From: a bacterium
GTDB taxonomy: Bacteria > Patescibacteriota > Minisyncoccia > Phycocordibacterales > GCA-002787175
Assembly (NCBI GenBank): GCA_030699905.1
Contig: JAUYKQ010000027.1
Coordinates: forward strand, 1,293 to 65,292
Direction: 5' to 3'
Length of the DNA stretch: 64,000 bases
A model generated the notes under the pieces. That model saw only the letters and a program-made list of their open reading frames with translations, made no database searches and was not told the origin of the DNA. Made by a program: the position numbers and the translations under genes. Numbering within the stretch: the first letter of the stretch is position 1; every line of letters starts with the position of its first letter. Below, piece after piece: positions 39,444 to 49,774 of the stretch.

Positions 39444-39638
39444 AATCCGCAGAATTCCCCGACGGCTTTCCGCGGGGATGAATGCGGAGTGAGTGGGAAG
39501 GGGGTCGGGGAAACGGGAGTTTCCCCGTGGAGGAGAGCAGTGAGTCTGCGAGCGTTGAGAACCGAGAGGTTCTCAAAATAAATTCCGCTCGCCTAATACC
39601 CCGTCCGTTTGCCGCGGGGATATGGACGAGCGGGATTT
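39444..39638. repeat. Double REP-like hairpin element
   Basis: Two related CCCCG...CGCGGGGAT hairpins with an internal hairpin pair. Confidence 0.55.
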
Positions 39639-40027
39639 ATTTTATTGGAATGCTTTTTGATAACAACTATTTCAGGCAGGGGACGGGGTCCGCTATTTAT
39701 TAGAGCGGATTTTAATTTCAACTGGTCGTAACCTAATGCCACGACATCCGGCTTGAATTTCTTAATAGCGCTCCAACTGCCTAAACTTGTATCGCCGGAG
39801 ACGATTTCCGCTTCCGGAAACCTTTTTTCAACCGCCAGCATTCTCTCCGGAAGAGGCGAGCGGGGGACTTTGTTTTTCAAAGAAACCACACTGCTGTCTT
39901 GAGCTACACTAACAATCAACTTGCTTCCAAGTTTTTGGGCTTCGCGTAGGAAAAAAACATGGCCTTCATGCAGACCGTCAAACGTGCCGAAAACCAAAAC
40001 CGCTTTTTTTAATTTACCACTTGCCAT
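39593..40027 (-). CDS. Cytidylyltransferase-family nucleotidyltransferase (RibL/FAD synthase-like)
   Basis: FGTFDGLHEGH (HxGH), PDVVALGYDQ. Confidence 0.85.
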   Translation of the reverse strand: MASGKLKKAVLVFGTFDGLHEGHVFFLREAQKLGSKLIVSVAQDSSVVSLKNKVPRSPLPERMLAVEKRFPEAEIVSGDTSLGSWSAIKKFKPDVVALGYDQLKLKSALINSGPRPLPEIVVIKKHSNKINPARPYPRGKRTGY

Positions 40028-40056
40028 AGACGGTTTTAGTATATAACATTTTCAAA

Positions 40057-40578
40057 ATGAGGAAAGTTTTGAACGGAAGTTTTTACAACAGACCGGTTTT
40101 GACGGTAGCCGAAGAACTTTTAGGAAAATATTTGGTCAGACAAAGCGCCGGTAAACGCCTCGCTTTCCTTATAACCGAAGTGGAAGGGTACGACGGAGAA
40201 AAAGACCTTGCCTGTCACGCGAGGAGAGGCAAGACAAAAAGAACGGCCGTGATGTATGGCGAAGCGGGACATTGGTATGTTTATCTTTGTTACGGAATGT
40301 ATTGGATGTTAAACATCGTCACCGGACCGGTCGGCTATCCGGCGGCGGTTTTAATACGAGGAGTTTCGAGCCATGGCGGGCCGGGAAAACTAACCAGAGA
40401 ATTGAAAATTGGAAAAAGCTTTAACTCAAAAAAGGCAGCGCCGGAAAAGGGGCTTTGGATAGAAGACAGGGGAGTTCGCGTAATGCCGGAAAAAATTTTG
40501 AAAACCGCGAGGGTAGGCATTTCTTATGCCGGACCCCTATGGTCAAAGAAAAAATGGAGGTTTGTATTGAAAATGTAA
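40057..40578 (+). CDS. mpg: 3-methyladenine DNA glycosylase (AAG type)
   Basis: ITEVEGY, YVYLCYGMY, AVLIRG, GPGKL, RVGI. Confidence 0.93.
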   Translation: MRKVLNGSFYNRPVLTVAEELLGKYLVRQSAGKRLAFLITEVEGYDGEKDLACHARRGKTKRTAVMYGEAGHWYVYLCYGMYWMLNIVTGPVGYPAAVLIRGVSSHGGPGKLTRELKIGKSFNSKKAAPEKGLWIEDRGVRVMPEKILKTARVGISYAGPLWSKKKWRFVLKM

Positions 40579-40685
40579 AACTAACACCGTGATGGCGAAT
40601 TGTTGCAGATTATGAAGATAAGAGTTTGAAAAGAAAACGCCCCCCGATTATGCTCTTGTGCATTATGGGGGGCTAAGGGGCCGTT

Positions 40686-40880
40686 TTAGGGGTCAGTGGA
40701 AATGTGACACAGGACTTCGTCGTTCTCTGTGTCCGCATCAAAGTTCCTTCTCCGGCGTTTCTTCGGCCGAAATCTCCCGAAAGTTACGCCAGAAGTTGAA
40801 GTGGAACTATAATGACTCATCAATGCCTGCGTTTTCTGGCTGGTTGGTAACATGTCCACTCGTAGTCCGGCCGTTCTCAC
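40686..40880 (-). CDS. Possible small basic protein
   Basis: AAAGGA upstream of GTG; hairpin terminator at about 40637-40672; no recognisable motif. Confidence 0.3.
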   Translation of the reverse strand: MRTAGLRVDMLPTSQKTQALMSHYSSTSTSGVTFGRFRPKKRRRRNFDADTENDEVLCHISTDP

Positions 40881-41082
40881 TGCTTTTTCCTTTCGTTGTT
40901 GAGTTTTTACCGAAGTCCCACTTGGAGGGTATTCGGTGCGGTACGTATTTTGATGTCGCTCGGAAATCTCCGTGCAACCTCAAACCGGGAGGGAAAAATT
41001 TCCAAGGCATACTGTAGATAAAATAACATGAACGCATTAAAAAGCAAATATGGACATCACTCTATGTTTTCCTTAAAATATT

Positions 41083-41538
41083 TTATTCAAACAAAGATTC
41101 AACGACTTCTTTTACGTCCTTGCCGTCCGCCACGCTTTTTGTTTCTTTTATCACCGCCCCCACGAGAATCCCTGATTTTGATTTATCCGTCACGCCAAGT
41201 TCCGTCTTTTTTGTCTCCGCGATTTTTCGGATTTCCTCCTTGCTCATTTTGGTCGGTAAAAATGTTTCCAAAATTCCAAGCTCGGCCCGTTCTTCATCCG
41301 CCAAATCTTTTCGGCCACCTTTCTCATACTGTTCAATGGAATCTTGGCGTTGCTTCACCGCCCGTTTGATAACGGCCATGGCCTCCTCGTCGGCGAGTTC
41401 TTCTTGCGGTTTTCTGCCTTTGGCCACCAGTTCGTTCATAAAAGCCGTAGCAAGTCCGCGAAGAACAGAAAGTCGCACCGGCTCTTTGGCTCGCATGGCG
41501 GAAGCGATTTGAAATTTTATATCAACATGTAAAGACAT
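41083..41538 (-). CDS. GatB/YqeY domain protein
   Basis: AMRAKE, KQRQDSIEQY..GGR.DLA. Confidence 0.92.
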   Translation of the reverse strand: MSLHVDIKFQIASAMRAKEPVRLSVLRGLATAFMNELVAKGRKPQEELADEEAMAVIKRAVKQRQDSIEQYEKGGRKDLADEERAELGILETFLPTKMSKEEIRKIAETKKTELGVTDKSKSGILVGAVIKETKSVADGKDVKEVVESLFE

Positions 41539-41675
41539 AAATTAATTATAGCACTGATACAAGAAACGCGAAAATACGACTTCTCGTGTGTTTACTTGAG
41601 GTTTGAGTTACTGGTATAATTCAGTTGCGAGTTCCATTATCCGCCCGTTTTAAACTACGAATAGAACCATAATCT

Positions 41676-42392
41676 ATGAAATCAGTATTTCTTTCTAACT
41701 TTTTTGAAAAGCGTAAAACCGTGGAGACGCTTATAGATGAAAGCAGAGTTGATGCCGGTTATTACTTATTCCTCTTTTTTTCAACTTTTATAGTGGCCTT
41801 GGGACTTATTTTCGGCAATGCCGTTATAATAATGGCTGGAATGCTTATCGCTCCCATTTTATCGCCTATTTTGTCTTTGGGAATGGGAATAGCCACCACA
41901 AGCAGACGCGCCATAGTACGTTCTGTCATTATTCTTATAAGAACCGCCGTTCTTATAACAGGAATATCTTTTGTCGTGGCATTTCTTACCGGCCAACGAG
42001 GAATAACGGATGAAATGATATTAGCTTCCAGTCCCGACATTTGGCTGTTCCTCGTGGCTTTTTTTTCAGGAATAGTGGCGGCATATTCTTGGATAAAACA
42101 GAACACTTCCGTGACTCTGCCTTCAATAGCATTGTCCATTTCCATCATCGTGCCTCTTTCGGCAGTCGGCATAGTTTTGGGGTCTTTGCCAATGTTGCAT
42201 GAAGTTCTATTCGGTGCCACTGTTCTTTTCGCTATCAACCTTTTATGGGTGGTCGTTGCGAGCACTATTGTTTTTGTTCTTTTCGGTTTTTCTAATCTTC
42301 AACAATGGCAGGAAAAGAAAATAGAGGACGAAAAGAATATTTTGGCTGAAATAAAGAAAGATAAGGAAGAGGCAAAAAATGCAATAACATGA
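41676..42392 (+). CDS. DUF389-like membrane protein
   Basis: GMLIAPILSPI motif, multi-TM. Confidence 0.8.
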   Translation: MKSVFLSNFFEKRKTVETLIDESRVDAGYYLFLFFSTFIVALGLIFGNAVIIMAGMLIAPILSPILSLGMGIATTSRRAIVRSVIILIRTAVLITGISFVVAFLTGQRGITDEMILASSPDIWLFLVAFFSGIVAAYSWIKQNTSVTLPSIALSISIIVPLSAVGIVLGSLPMLHEVLFGATVLFAINLLWVVVASTIVFVLFGFSNLQQWQEKKIEDEKNILAEIKKDKEEAKNAIT

Positions 42393-43486
42393 CAACCACC
42401 GCTACAATAACGAGCATACTCGTCATAATCCTCGCCGTAAACATTTTAGCGGTGGTTTTGTTGTGGAGAAAAAAAGGTGGGCCTAGCGGTGATGACAAAG
42501 CTTTTTCGCTGATGCTTGCCCAGCTAAACGAGATATCGCGCGTAGTGGACCATAAAATGGGAGAGACGAACCGTTTTGTAAACGAATCAATGCGAACTCA
42601 GTTTTCCGAATCCAAACGGCTGATAAACGAGATAAATGAACAAGTCGGCCGCAACCTTTTAGACGTTACCAAGGGGCTTACGAAATTGGACGAGACAAAC
42701 AAACAAGTCGTCTCTTTCGCTGACCAGCTGCAGTCCCTTCAAGATATTTTGAAAAATCCAAAACAGCGCGGGATTTTGGGCGAATATTATCTTGAGACGC
42801 TTCTTAAAAACACTTTGCCTCCTGGCAGTTTTGAAATGCAGTACCACTTGACGGCAGAAACCATAGTTGACGCGGCCGTTTTCGTGAAGGACAAAATAAT
42901 TCCAGTGGATTCAAAGTTTTCTCTTGAAAATTACAACCGACTTACGGAGGCGAGGGACCCATCGGAAAAGGAACGCCTTGAAAAACTTTTTGTCCAAGAT
43001 TTAAAGTTGAGAATACAAGAAACCGCCAAGTATATACAGCCGGAAAACCGCACTACCGACTTCGCTTTTATGTTCATACCCCATGAGGCCATTTACTATG
43101 ATTTGCTGGTCAATAAAGTGGGGTCCGTAAAAGGCGAAGAAGACGAAAATTTGATACAACGGGCGGCGGGAAAATATAAAGTCATAATAGTGTCGCCAAC
43201 GTCATTTCTGGCCTATCTGCAGACGGTTCTTCAGGGTTTGCGCGCCCTGCAGATAGAGGAGACGGCTAAAGACATTGTCAAAAGAGTGGGGGAGCTCGGC
43301 AAACATTTGAAAAGTTTTGAGGATTATCACGGTAAAATGGGCAATGCTTTGACGACTGTCGTGAACCACTACAATTCATCCGGCAAAGAATTTAAGAAAA
43401 TAGACAAAGATGTTTTGCGTATTACCGGAGAAGCGGTGGGCATAGAGACCCTGACTATAGAGAAGCCGGATAGGGAAGACAGTTGA
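42389..43486 (+). CDS. rmuC: DNA recombination protein RmuC
   Basis: KQRGILGE, VDSKF, TDFAFMFIPHE, VSPT. Confidence 0.92.
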   Translation: MTTTATITSILVIILAVNILAVVLLWRKKGGPSGDDKAFSLMLAQLNEISRVVDHKMGETNRFVNESMRTQFSESKRLINEINEQVGRNLLDVTKGLTKLDETNKQVVSFADQLQSLQDILKNPKQRGILGEYYLETLLKNTLPPGSFEMQYHLTAETIVDAAVFVKDKIIPVDSKFSLENYNRLTEARDPSEKERLEKLFVQDLKLRIQETAKYIQPENRTTDFAFMFIPHEAIYYDLLVNKVGSVKGEEDENLIQRAAGKYKVIIVSPTSFLAYLQTVLQGLRALQIEETAKDIVKRVGELGKHLKSFEDYHGKMGNALTTVVNHYNSSGKEFKKIDKDVLRITGEAVGIETLTIEKPDREDS

Positions 43487-43929
43487 CTCAATTTTTCTTT
43501 TGATATATTATTACAGAGGTTCATGAGGATTGTAATCCTCTTGATGAAGCGAGAGTGACAGTGCATCGGCCACCCCTCCCTCTTGTCGGGTGCTTGCGGG
43601 GGGAGGGGCGGTTTTTAAAGACAATTTCTTATTTTCAGCAAATCCTAGGCAGGGGGTTTGCTGTTTGGGGTCCCGAGTCGTAATGGTTTACGGCTCGGGA
43701 TTTTTTTAAACCTCAAACCTCTCGTTTTGGGCGCTTGTTTAATTTCCTGGAGGTGGTACTCTTATAAAAGATAGGGTCTTGCGGTACTGAAAAGCACCCA
43801 AGGAGGCATTCCGAGTCCTGGGAGCCGCAATTCTCTGTTCACTTCTGGGCCCCGTTCGCTTGCGAACGGGGCTCTTTTCTTGCATTTTTTTCTTGCATTT
43901 TATTAAAAACTATGTAGAATAAAGCAACT

Positions 43930-44250
43930 ATGTCAGAGTTCGCCGTAATAAAAACAGGGGGCAAACAGTACCAGGTTTCCGTGGGAGACGTTATTGTTAT
44001 TGAAAAAATCAAAGGCGACTATAAAGAGGGCGATTCTATTACCTTTGACAAAGTCCTTTTGGTGGAAAGTGGCAATGCCACGACTGTCGGCACACCGTAC
44101 ATTCCCGAGGCCAAGGTCACGGCAGTCATAAAAGAAATAGGACGTTCTCCTAAAATTACCGTAGTTAAATACAAAGCCAAGAGCCGTTACTACAAAAAAC
44201 GCGGTCATCGCCAGCCGTTTTTCAAAGTTAAAATTGAGGGATTAAAGTAG
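43930..44250 (+). CDS. rplU: 50S ribosomal protein bL21
   Basis: FAVIKTGGKQY, GHRQP. Confidence 0.97.
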   Translation: MSEFAVIKTGGKQYQVSVGDVIVIEKIKGDYKEGDSITFDKVLLVESGNATTVGTPYIPEAKVTAVIKEIGRSPKITVVKYKAKSRYYKKRGHRQPFFKVKIEGLK

Positions 44251-44278
44251 AGGTTTTGGCGAACAATGTTTCGCTTTA

Positions 44279-44890
44279 CTACTCTCTGTTCTTCAGTGCG
44301 TTCTCCAATGTTTTAGAATCGGCATATTCAAGTTCAGCGCCGGAAGAAAGACCCCTGCCAGGCAGGGTTATTTTTATGCCTGCCTGTTCTGCCATGCTCC
44401 TTATTCTTTCTTTTACGTATTCCGCCGTGTGCTCTCCTTCGGGATTTAAGTTAAATGCCAGAACGACCTCTTTAAGGGTACTGCTTTGCCGACTCATCCT
44501 ATTTATAAGTTCAGATATTCTTATTTTTCTTTCGGGCTCTTTTTCAAGAATAGCCAAAGTGTTGCCCAATACAAAGTAAAAGCCCTTAAAAACGCGCGAT
44601 TTTTCAACGGTTTCCATGTCCACGTCTTTTGCAAGGACCATAAGAGAGCTTTTGTCTCTGGAGTCGTCTCTGCAGACCGGGCAAATTCCTTCATTTCCGT
44701 CACTTAAATAAAAGCCAAAACACTCTCCGCATTGTCGCGATTCTTTTCTCAATGATTCCACCGCGCTTGCAAATTCCGAAATCTCCTCGGTATTTTTAGA
44801 CAAAAGATGATACACAAAACGGCGCGCCTGCCTCGGTCCGATGCCCGGGAAAGATTTAAAAATATCGGTTAGTTTATCTATGGAAGACAT
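44279..44890 (-). CDS. recR: Recombination mediator RecR
   Basis: PGIGPRQARR, C4 zinc finger, TOPRIM, ELEYAD. Confidence 0.95.
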   Translation of the reverse strand: MSSIDKLTDIFKSFPGIGPRQARRFVYHLLSKNTEEISEFASAVESLRKESRQCGECFGFYLSDGNEGICPVCRDDSRDKSSLMVLAKDVDMETVEKSRVFKGFYFVLGNTLAILEKEPERKIRISELINRMSRQSSTLKEVVLAFNLNPEGEHTAEYVKERIRSMAEQAGIKITLPGRGLSSGAELEYADSKTLENALKNRE

Positions 44891-44964
44891 TAACAATTTG
44901 TATAATAAATTTCACTTTGCTCCGCTTAAAACGTCTTTATATTCGGGCAGGTTCAGAGACCGTT

Positions 44965-46359
44965 TCAAAACTCGTCAGACGCTCCCGCCGCGAAATCGTC
45001 AAACTTTCCGCTCTTATCCATGGACAAAAAAGTGGCCTTGTCAGAATCAAAATAAAGGTCCACTTTTCCTGTCGGGCCGTTTCTGTGTTTTTCTATGAGA
45101 ATTTCTGCTGTATTTTGCCTTCCGCCTCCTTCTTCGTCTTTTTCACGATGAATAAACATGACAACGTCCGCGTCTTGTTCAATACTGCCGGAGCTTCGCA
45201 GGTCAGATAGGCGCGGTTTGCCACCGCGCTGTTCAATGGCGCGGGAAAGCTGGGACAGGGCGAGAACTGGCACGTCAAGTTCGCGAGCCAAATGTTTTAG
45301 GGAACGGGAAATCTCGGTTATCTGCTGAACTTCAGAGTCCGTGTTTTTTGTTTGAGTGGGGGCCATGAGCTGAAGGTAGTCAACGATAATAAGGCCTAAA
45401 CCCTTTTCTCTTTTTAGCCGCCTCGCCACGGAACGCATTTTTAGAATGTTGTTGGCCGGCTGGTCGTCTATGTAAATGGGTGCTTTTGAAAGAGCGTCCA
45501 AAGAATCGCGAATCTTGTCAAATTCCGACTCCTGGGTAAGCCGTCCCGTGCGCAGTTTCCACGCGTCCACTCGCGATTGTGCCGCGAGCATTCTATCCAC
45601 AAGCTGTTGCGCGCTCATTTCCAGTGAGAAAATGCCTACAGGTACGCCGTGGTTGGTGGCGGCCAAACGCGCTATGTCAAGGGCAAAAGAGGTCTTTCCC
45701 ATTGATGGTCGCGCGGCCAATATTATGAGGTCTGATTTCTGAAGCCCTGAAAGTTTCTCGTCCATTTCTTTGAAACCGGTGGGAATTCCGCGGAGTTCGT
45801 CTTTTGACTTGTGCAAACGGTCCAAACGTTCCCATGCGTCCGCAAGTGTTTCTGAAATGGCCAAAAACTTGTGAGCGCCTCCCATGTTTGTAACTTCGTA
45901 AATTTTCTTTTCGGCTTTGTCCACCAGTTCCTCCAAATCACCCGCTTCGTCGTAGCCAAGATGAGAAATGTATTCTGACGCCTCTATAAGAGAACGCATC
46001 ATGTGCTTTTTCTGCACAAGTTCGGCGTAATATTTTATATTGGCGGCAGATGGCACCGTGTTGACGAGTTCCGTAAGATAAGTCGCTCCACCGATTCTTT
46101 CCAGATTTTTGAGTTCTTCCAAGCGTGTGGTTACGGACAGGAGGTCTATCGGAGTTCCTTTGGCGAAAAGTTCAAACATTACTCGCCAGACAACACGATG
46201 TCTTTCAGAATAAAACACTGCTTCACCGACGAAGTCGGTGATGTCATGCATCGTTTCCGGGCGCAACATCACAGAGCCAAGAAGAGCCATTTCAGCTTCA
46301 ATGCTTTGAGGAGGGATGCGAAGTTTGTTTGTTACATTTCGGGCTGTTTGTAATGTCAT
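44965..46359 (-). CDS. dnaB: Replicative DNA helicase
   Basis: AARPSMGKT, DYLQL, LSQLSR, SGSIEQDAD; no intein. Confidence 0.97.
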   Translation of the reverse strand: MTLQTARNVTNKLRIPPQSIEAEMALLGSVMLRPETMHDITDFVGEAVFYSERHRVVWRVMFELFAKGTPIDLLSVTTRLEELKNLERIGGATYLTELVNTVPSAANIKYYAELVQKKHMMRSLIEASEYISHLGYDEAGDLEELVDKAEKKIYEVTNMGGAHKFLAISETLADAWERLDRLHKSKDELRGIPTGFKEMDEKLSGLQKSDLIILAARPSMGKTSFALDIARLAATNHGVPVGIFSLEMSAQQLVDRMLAAQSRVDAWKLRTGRLTQESEFDKIRDSLDALSKAPIYIDDQPANNILKMRSVARRLKREKGLGLIIVDYLQLMAPTQTKNTDSEVQQITEISRSLKHLARELDVPVLALSQLSRAIEQRGGKPRLSDLRSSGSIEQDADVVMFIHREKDEEGGGRQNTAEILIEKHRNGPTGKVDLYFDSDKATFLSMDKSGKFDDFAAGASDEF

Positions 46360-46529
46360 TGGTGTATTTTAGCATAGTGGCAAAAAAAGCCGCCACTTCC
46401 CAAACCTGCATATCATGGGGGAAAAATGGGGATAATTAAATGGGGGCAAAAGCGCCTGACCCGTCGCTCTGACCCACTCAGCGTCCTTTTGCGTTGTGGG
46501 TTCTAAGCTCTTGGTTTATACTAACGGGA

Positions 46530-47204
46530 ATGCAAGCACTGATACTTGCCGCCGGCAGGGGAGTAAGGATGGGAAGTTTAACCGAAGATACTCCGAAGCC
46601 GATGCTTAAGGTTTTAGGCAAAAACTTGATAGAACATAAATTGGAAATTCTGCCCGCCTCTATACAAGAGGTGGTTATTGTTGTCGGATACAAAGACCAT
46701 GTGATACGAGATTATTTTGGCGAAAAGTGGCGACACCTGCCGATTAAATACGTTTACCAAAAGGAACTTCTTGGTACGGGACACGGCGTTCATATGGCCA
46801 AGGACGCAATAGCTGGAAATTTCATGGTTTTGATGGGCGATGATATGTATCATCGCGAATTTTTGGATAACTTATCCAAAGAGAAATGGGCTATAAGCGC
46901 AAGACGTATTGAAAAACCAAAACTCGGAGCAAAAATAGTAACTGACCGAAAAGGCACTCTTACCGATATTCAAGAGGCGCAAAATCTCGTGCCCGGAGAG
47001 TGGGAAAATATCGGGGCTTATGTGCTTGGAAAGGAATTTTTTGATGCGCCACTTGTGCCGAAAGCGGTGGACTCTGCCGAATACGGACTGCCTCAGACGC
47101 TTCTACATCTGGTTTCCAAGTACCCGATAAAAATAGTTGAAGCCGAAAACTGGACACAGATCACATCGCCGGAAGATCTTCAAATCGCGGCCACCGTGTT
47201 TTAA
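46530..47204 (+). CDS. Sugar-phosphate nucleotidyltransferase
   Basis: ILAAGRGVRM..LT...PKPML, LGTG, GDD. Confidence 0.88.
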   Translation: MQALILAAGRGVRMGSLTEDTPKPMLKVLGKNLIEHKLEILPASIQEVVIVVGYKDHVIRDYFGEKWRHLPIKYVYQKELLGTGHGVHMAKDAIAGNFMVLMGDDMYHREFLDNLSKEKWAISARRIEKPKLGAKIVTDRKGTLTDIQEAQNLVPGEWENIGAYVLGKEFFDAPLVPKAVDSAEYGLPQTLLHLVSKYPIKIVEAENWTQITSPEDLQIAATVF

Positions 47205-47277
47205 ATCGTGAAAAAAACGCCTAATACTGGCGAGTATTAGGCGTTTAACGCTATAAAAAGCTACGTCGGTCTGTGAA

Positions 47278-48681
47278 TTAAGCAACTTTGCGAATTAATG
47301 GGCCGGAGTCGGTGTCCATTACGGTGTAGCCGGCATTTTCTATTTCGTCGCGGATTTCATCCGCTTTCTTGAAATTTTTGTCTTGGCGGGCCTCTTCTCT
47401 TTTTGCCGACAAATCCCATATTTCCGCGGGAATATTTTTTTGCTCTTTTGCAAACTCTTTCGCCTGCGCTTCAAGGTCCAAACCGAGGATTTTGTCGAAC
47501 TGAATTACCGCTTTCTCAAAAGAGCTAAAAGACAAAGGATTTCGCAGTTCGGTCCAGATAAAAGAAAGAGCTCTTGGCGTATTAAGGTCGTCATACATCG
47601 CATTTTCAATATTTATTCCGAACGGGCTGTCAATTTTTTCTTTTTTGTCTGAAGACGTGAGCTCGTCCACTTTCCAAAGCAACTTGAAATAGGCGGTTTG
47701 AGCAGCTTCAAGCGCCTCCCACGAAAATGTGAGAGGCGAGCGATAATGGGCAGTGAGAAACCAGTAACGAAGCGAAAGGGGATGAATGCCTCGGGCCTTA
47801 ACGTCTTTAAGAGTTATAAATTTACCGCTGGATTTAGCCATTTTCCCTTCAGCCATGACAAGATGCTCATTGTGCACCCATACATTTGCGAGCGGTTTTT
47901 CAAAGACCGCCTCGGACTGGGCAATTTCTCCGTTGTGGTGAGTGCCGATATGGTCTACTCCGCCCGTGTGTATATCAAACGGTTGCCCCAAATATTTCTC
48001 GCTCATGGCCGAACATTCAATGTGCCAACCCGGAGTACCCCTGCCGAATTCTTCAAATTCCCAGCCGATGTCATTGAATTTCCACAATGCAAAATCGGCT
48101 TGATGCCTTTTTTCCGGATTTGACTCCACTCTCGCGCCACTTTTTAACTTGGATATTTCTATGTTTCCCAGCTTGCCATAGTTTGGAAATTTTGAAATGT
48201 CATAATAAAGTCCGTCTGATGTTTTGTACACAAAACCTTTTTCATCCAATTTGTGGATAAGAGTTTGCATTTCTTTTATATGGGCGCTTGCTCGCGGCAG
48301 CTCTTTGGGTGTGAGTATATTGAGGTCTTTTAAATCCGCGAAAAAAAGGTCAGTGTATTTGTCGGCAAGTTTGGCCATGTTTGAAATGGTAACTTCCATG
48401 CCTTCGCGTTTGAGGCCTTTTGTCATTTTATCTTCGCCTTCGTCTCCGTCACTCGCAAGATGGCCGATGTCGGTAATGTTCATCACATGATTGACTTTAT
48501 AACCGCTGTACTCCAAAGCGCGCCTCAAAGTGTCTACGAAAACGTAGGCGCGCAAGTTTCCTATGTGGGCGCAGTCATAAACAGTCGGCCCGCACGAATA
48601 AAGGCCGACTGTTTTGCCGGTTCTGTCAATCGGATGAAATTCCTCTTTTTTTCGAGTGAGAGTGTTGTAAAGTTTAATCAT
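47278..48681 (-). CDS. cysS: Cysteine--tRNA ligase
   Basis: CGPTVY, HIGN, PGWHIECS, KMAKS. Confidence 0.97.
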   Translation of the reverse strand: MIKLYNTLTRKKEEFHPIDRTGKTVGLYSCGPTVYDCAHIGNLRAYVFVDTLRRALEYSGYKVNHVMNITDIGHLASDGDEGEDKMTKGLKREGMEVTISNMAKLADKYTDLFFADLKDLNILTPKELPRASAHIKEMQTLIHKLDEKGFVYKTSDGLYYDISKFPNYGKLGNIEISKLKSGARVESNPEKRHQADFALWKFNDIGWEFEEFGRGTPGWHIECSAMSEKYLGQPFDIHTGGVDHIGTHHNGEIAQSEAVFEKPLANVWVHNEHLVMAEGKMAKSSGKFITLKDVKARGIHPLSLRYWFLTAHYRSPLTFSWEALEAAQTAYFKLLWKVDELTSSDKKEKIDSPFGINIENAMYDDLNTPRALSFIWTELRNPLSFSSFEKAVIQFDKILGLDLEAQAKEFAKEQKNIPAEIWDLSAKREEARQDKNFKKADEIRDEIENAGYTVMDTDSGPLIRKVA

Positions 48682-48694
48682 GGAACACGAAATA

Positions 48695-48820
48695 TGTAAC
48701 TTGTAACGCCATAATATACAACGTGTAACTTGTAACGTGTAACGCCGGAAAAGAAATACTCTGACGCTACACGTTACACGCTATACGTTATACGCTACAT
48801 GTTACATGTTTCGCGTTACA
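48695..48820. repeat. Inverted heptamer arrays (TGTAACG)n ... (CGTTACA)n
   Basis: Degenerate 7-bp units in opposite orientation around a short spacer. Confidence 0.8.
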
Positions 48821-48823
48821 TGT

Positions 48824-49741
48824 CTATAGCCACTTTTTGTGTTTAAAAAACCAAAAGAAAATCACCGTTAAAATCGCCATTAGTCCCACGACAATCCAAA
48901 AATCCTGCGGATGGCCGACTATCGGAAGATTATCCGTATTCATACCGAAAACTCCGGCTATAAGGGAAAGAGGGAAAGTTATAAAAGCCATTATGGTAAG
49001 GACTTTCATTATCTCGTTCTGTTTTGTGGAAAGAAGAGAATTATTGGTCTGTCGTAGCTCTCCCAAAAAAGATCGGTTTGTTTCAATGGCCGCCTCTATA
49101 CGGTAGTACTCACCTAAAATTTTGCTCAGATAGTAAGTGAACTCCTCTCCGAAAAATCTGCGTCCGGCTATTTCAAAAGAATTCAAGACCTCTTTGTGGT
49201 TGCTGGTGGCTTGGGTAAAGCTCAAAAGCTCTCGGCTGACGTCAGAGAGCGCCCTGACCATATCTTTTTCTTGGCCGTCAAATATTTTCTCCTGAATGAC
49301 CTGCAGGGAGTCCTTTATTCCCTCCAGTTCATTCAAAAGGGACTGGTAGGCCTCGCCAATCATGTAGAAAAAAATAAATCCAGCGTGTTCTCCAGCGTTC
49401 GGTCTGTCTAAAATAGAGTTGACCTCAAAGATTTTTGAAAACTTATGCAGGGCTTCTATTTCGTCGTATCGGACCGTGATTATAAAGTCCTTGCCGATAA
49501 CGAAATCAACTTCTTTGGTTATGCCTATGTTACCTCTTTTGCTATGGAGGGTGGGGAAGTGCAAAATCAGGTAAATATAATCGGAATACAAGTCCACTCG
49601 GGGTTTAAGAGTGGGGGTGAGAAATTCTTGACCGACTATCGGGTGTATTCCGTACTCTTCAACAATCCAGCGTACTTCTTCGTCCGATGGCGATTCAAGA
49701 TCAATCCATGTGAGACGGTTATGAGTGTGAGTTGTAAGCAT
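48824..49741 (-). CDS. corA: CorA family Mg/Co transporter (start moved to 49741)
   Basis: WIDL, NEIMKVLT, GMN motif, two C-terminal TMs. Confidence 0.92.
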   Translation of the reverse strand: MLTTHTHNRLTWIDLESPSDEEVRWIVEEYGIHPIVGQEFLTPTLKPRVDLYSDYIYLILHFPTLHSKRGNIGITKEVDFVIGKDFIITVRYDEIEALHKFSKIFEVNSILDRPNAGEHAGFIFFYMIGEAYQSLLNELEGIKDSLQVIQEKIFDGQEKDMVRALSDVSRELLSFTQATSNHKEVLNSFEIAGRRFFGEEFTYYLSKILGEYYRIEAAIETNRSFLGELRQTNNSLLSTKQNEIMKVLTIMAFITFPLSLIAGVFGMNTDNLPIVGHPQDFWIVVGLMAILTVIFFWFFKHKKWL

Positions 49742-49774
49742 CGGCGTGGCTTTGTGTCGGCGATGGTTTTTAAA

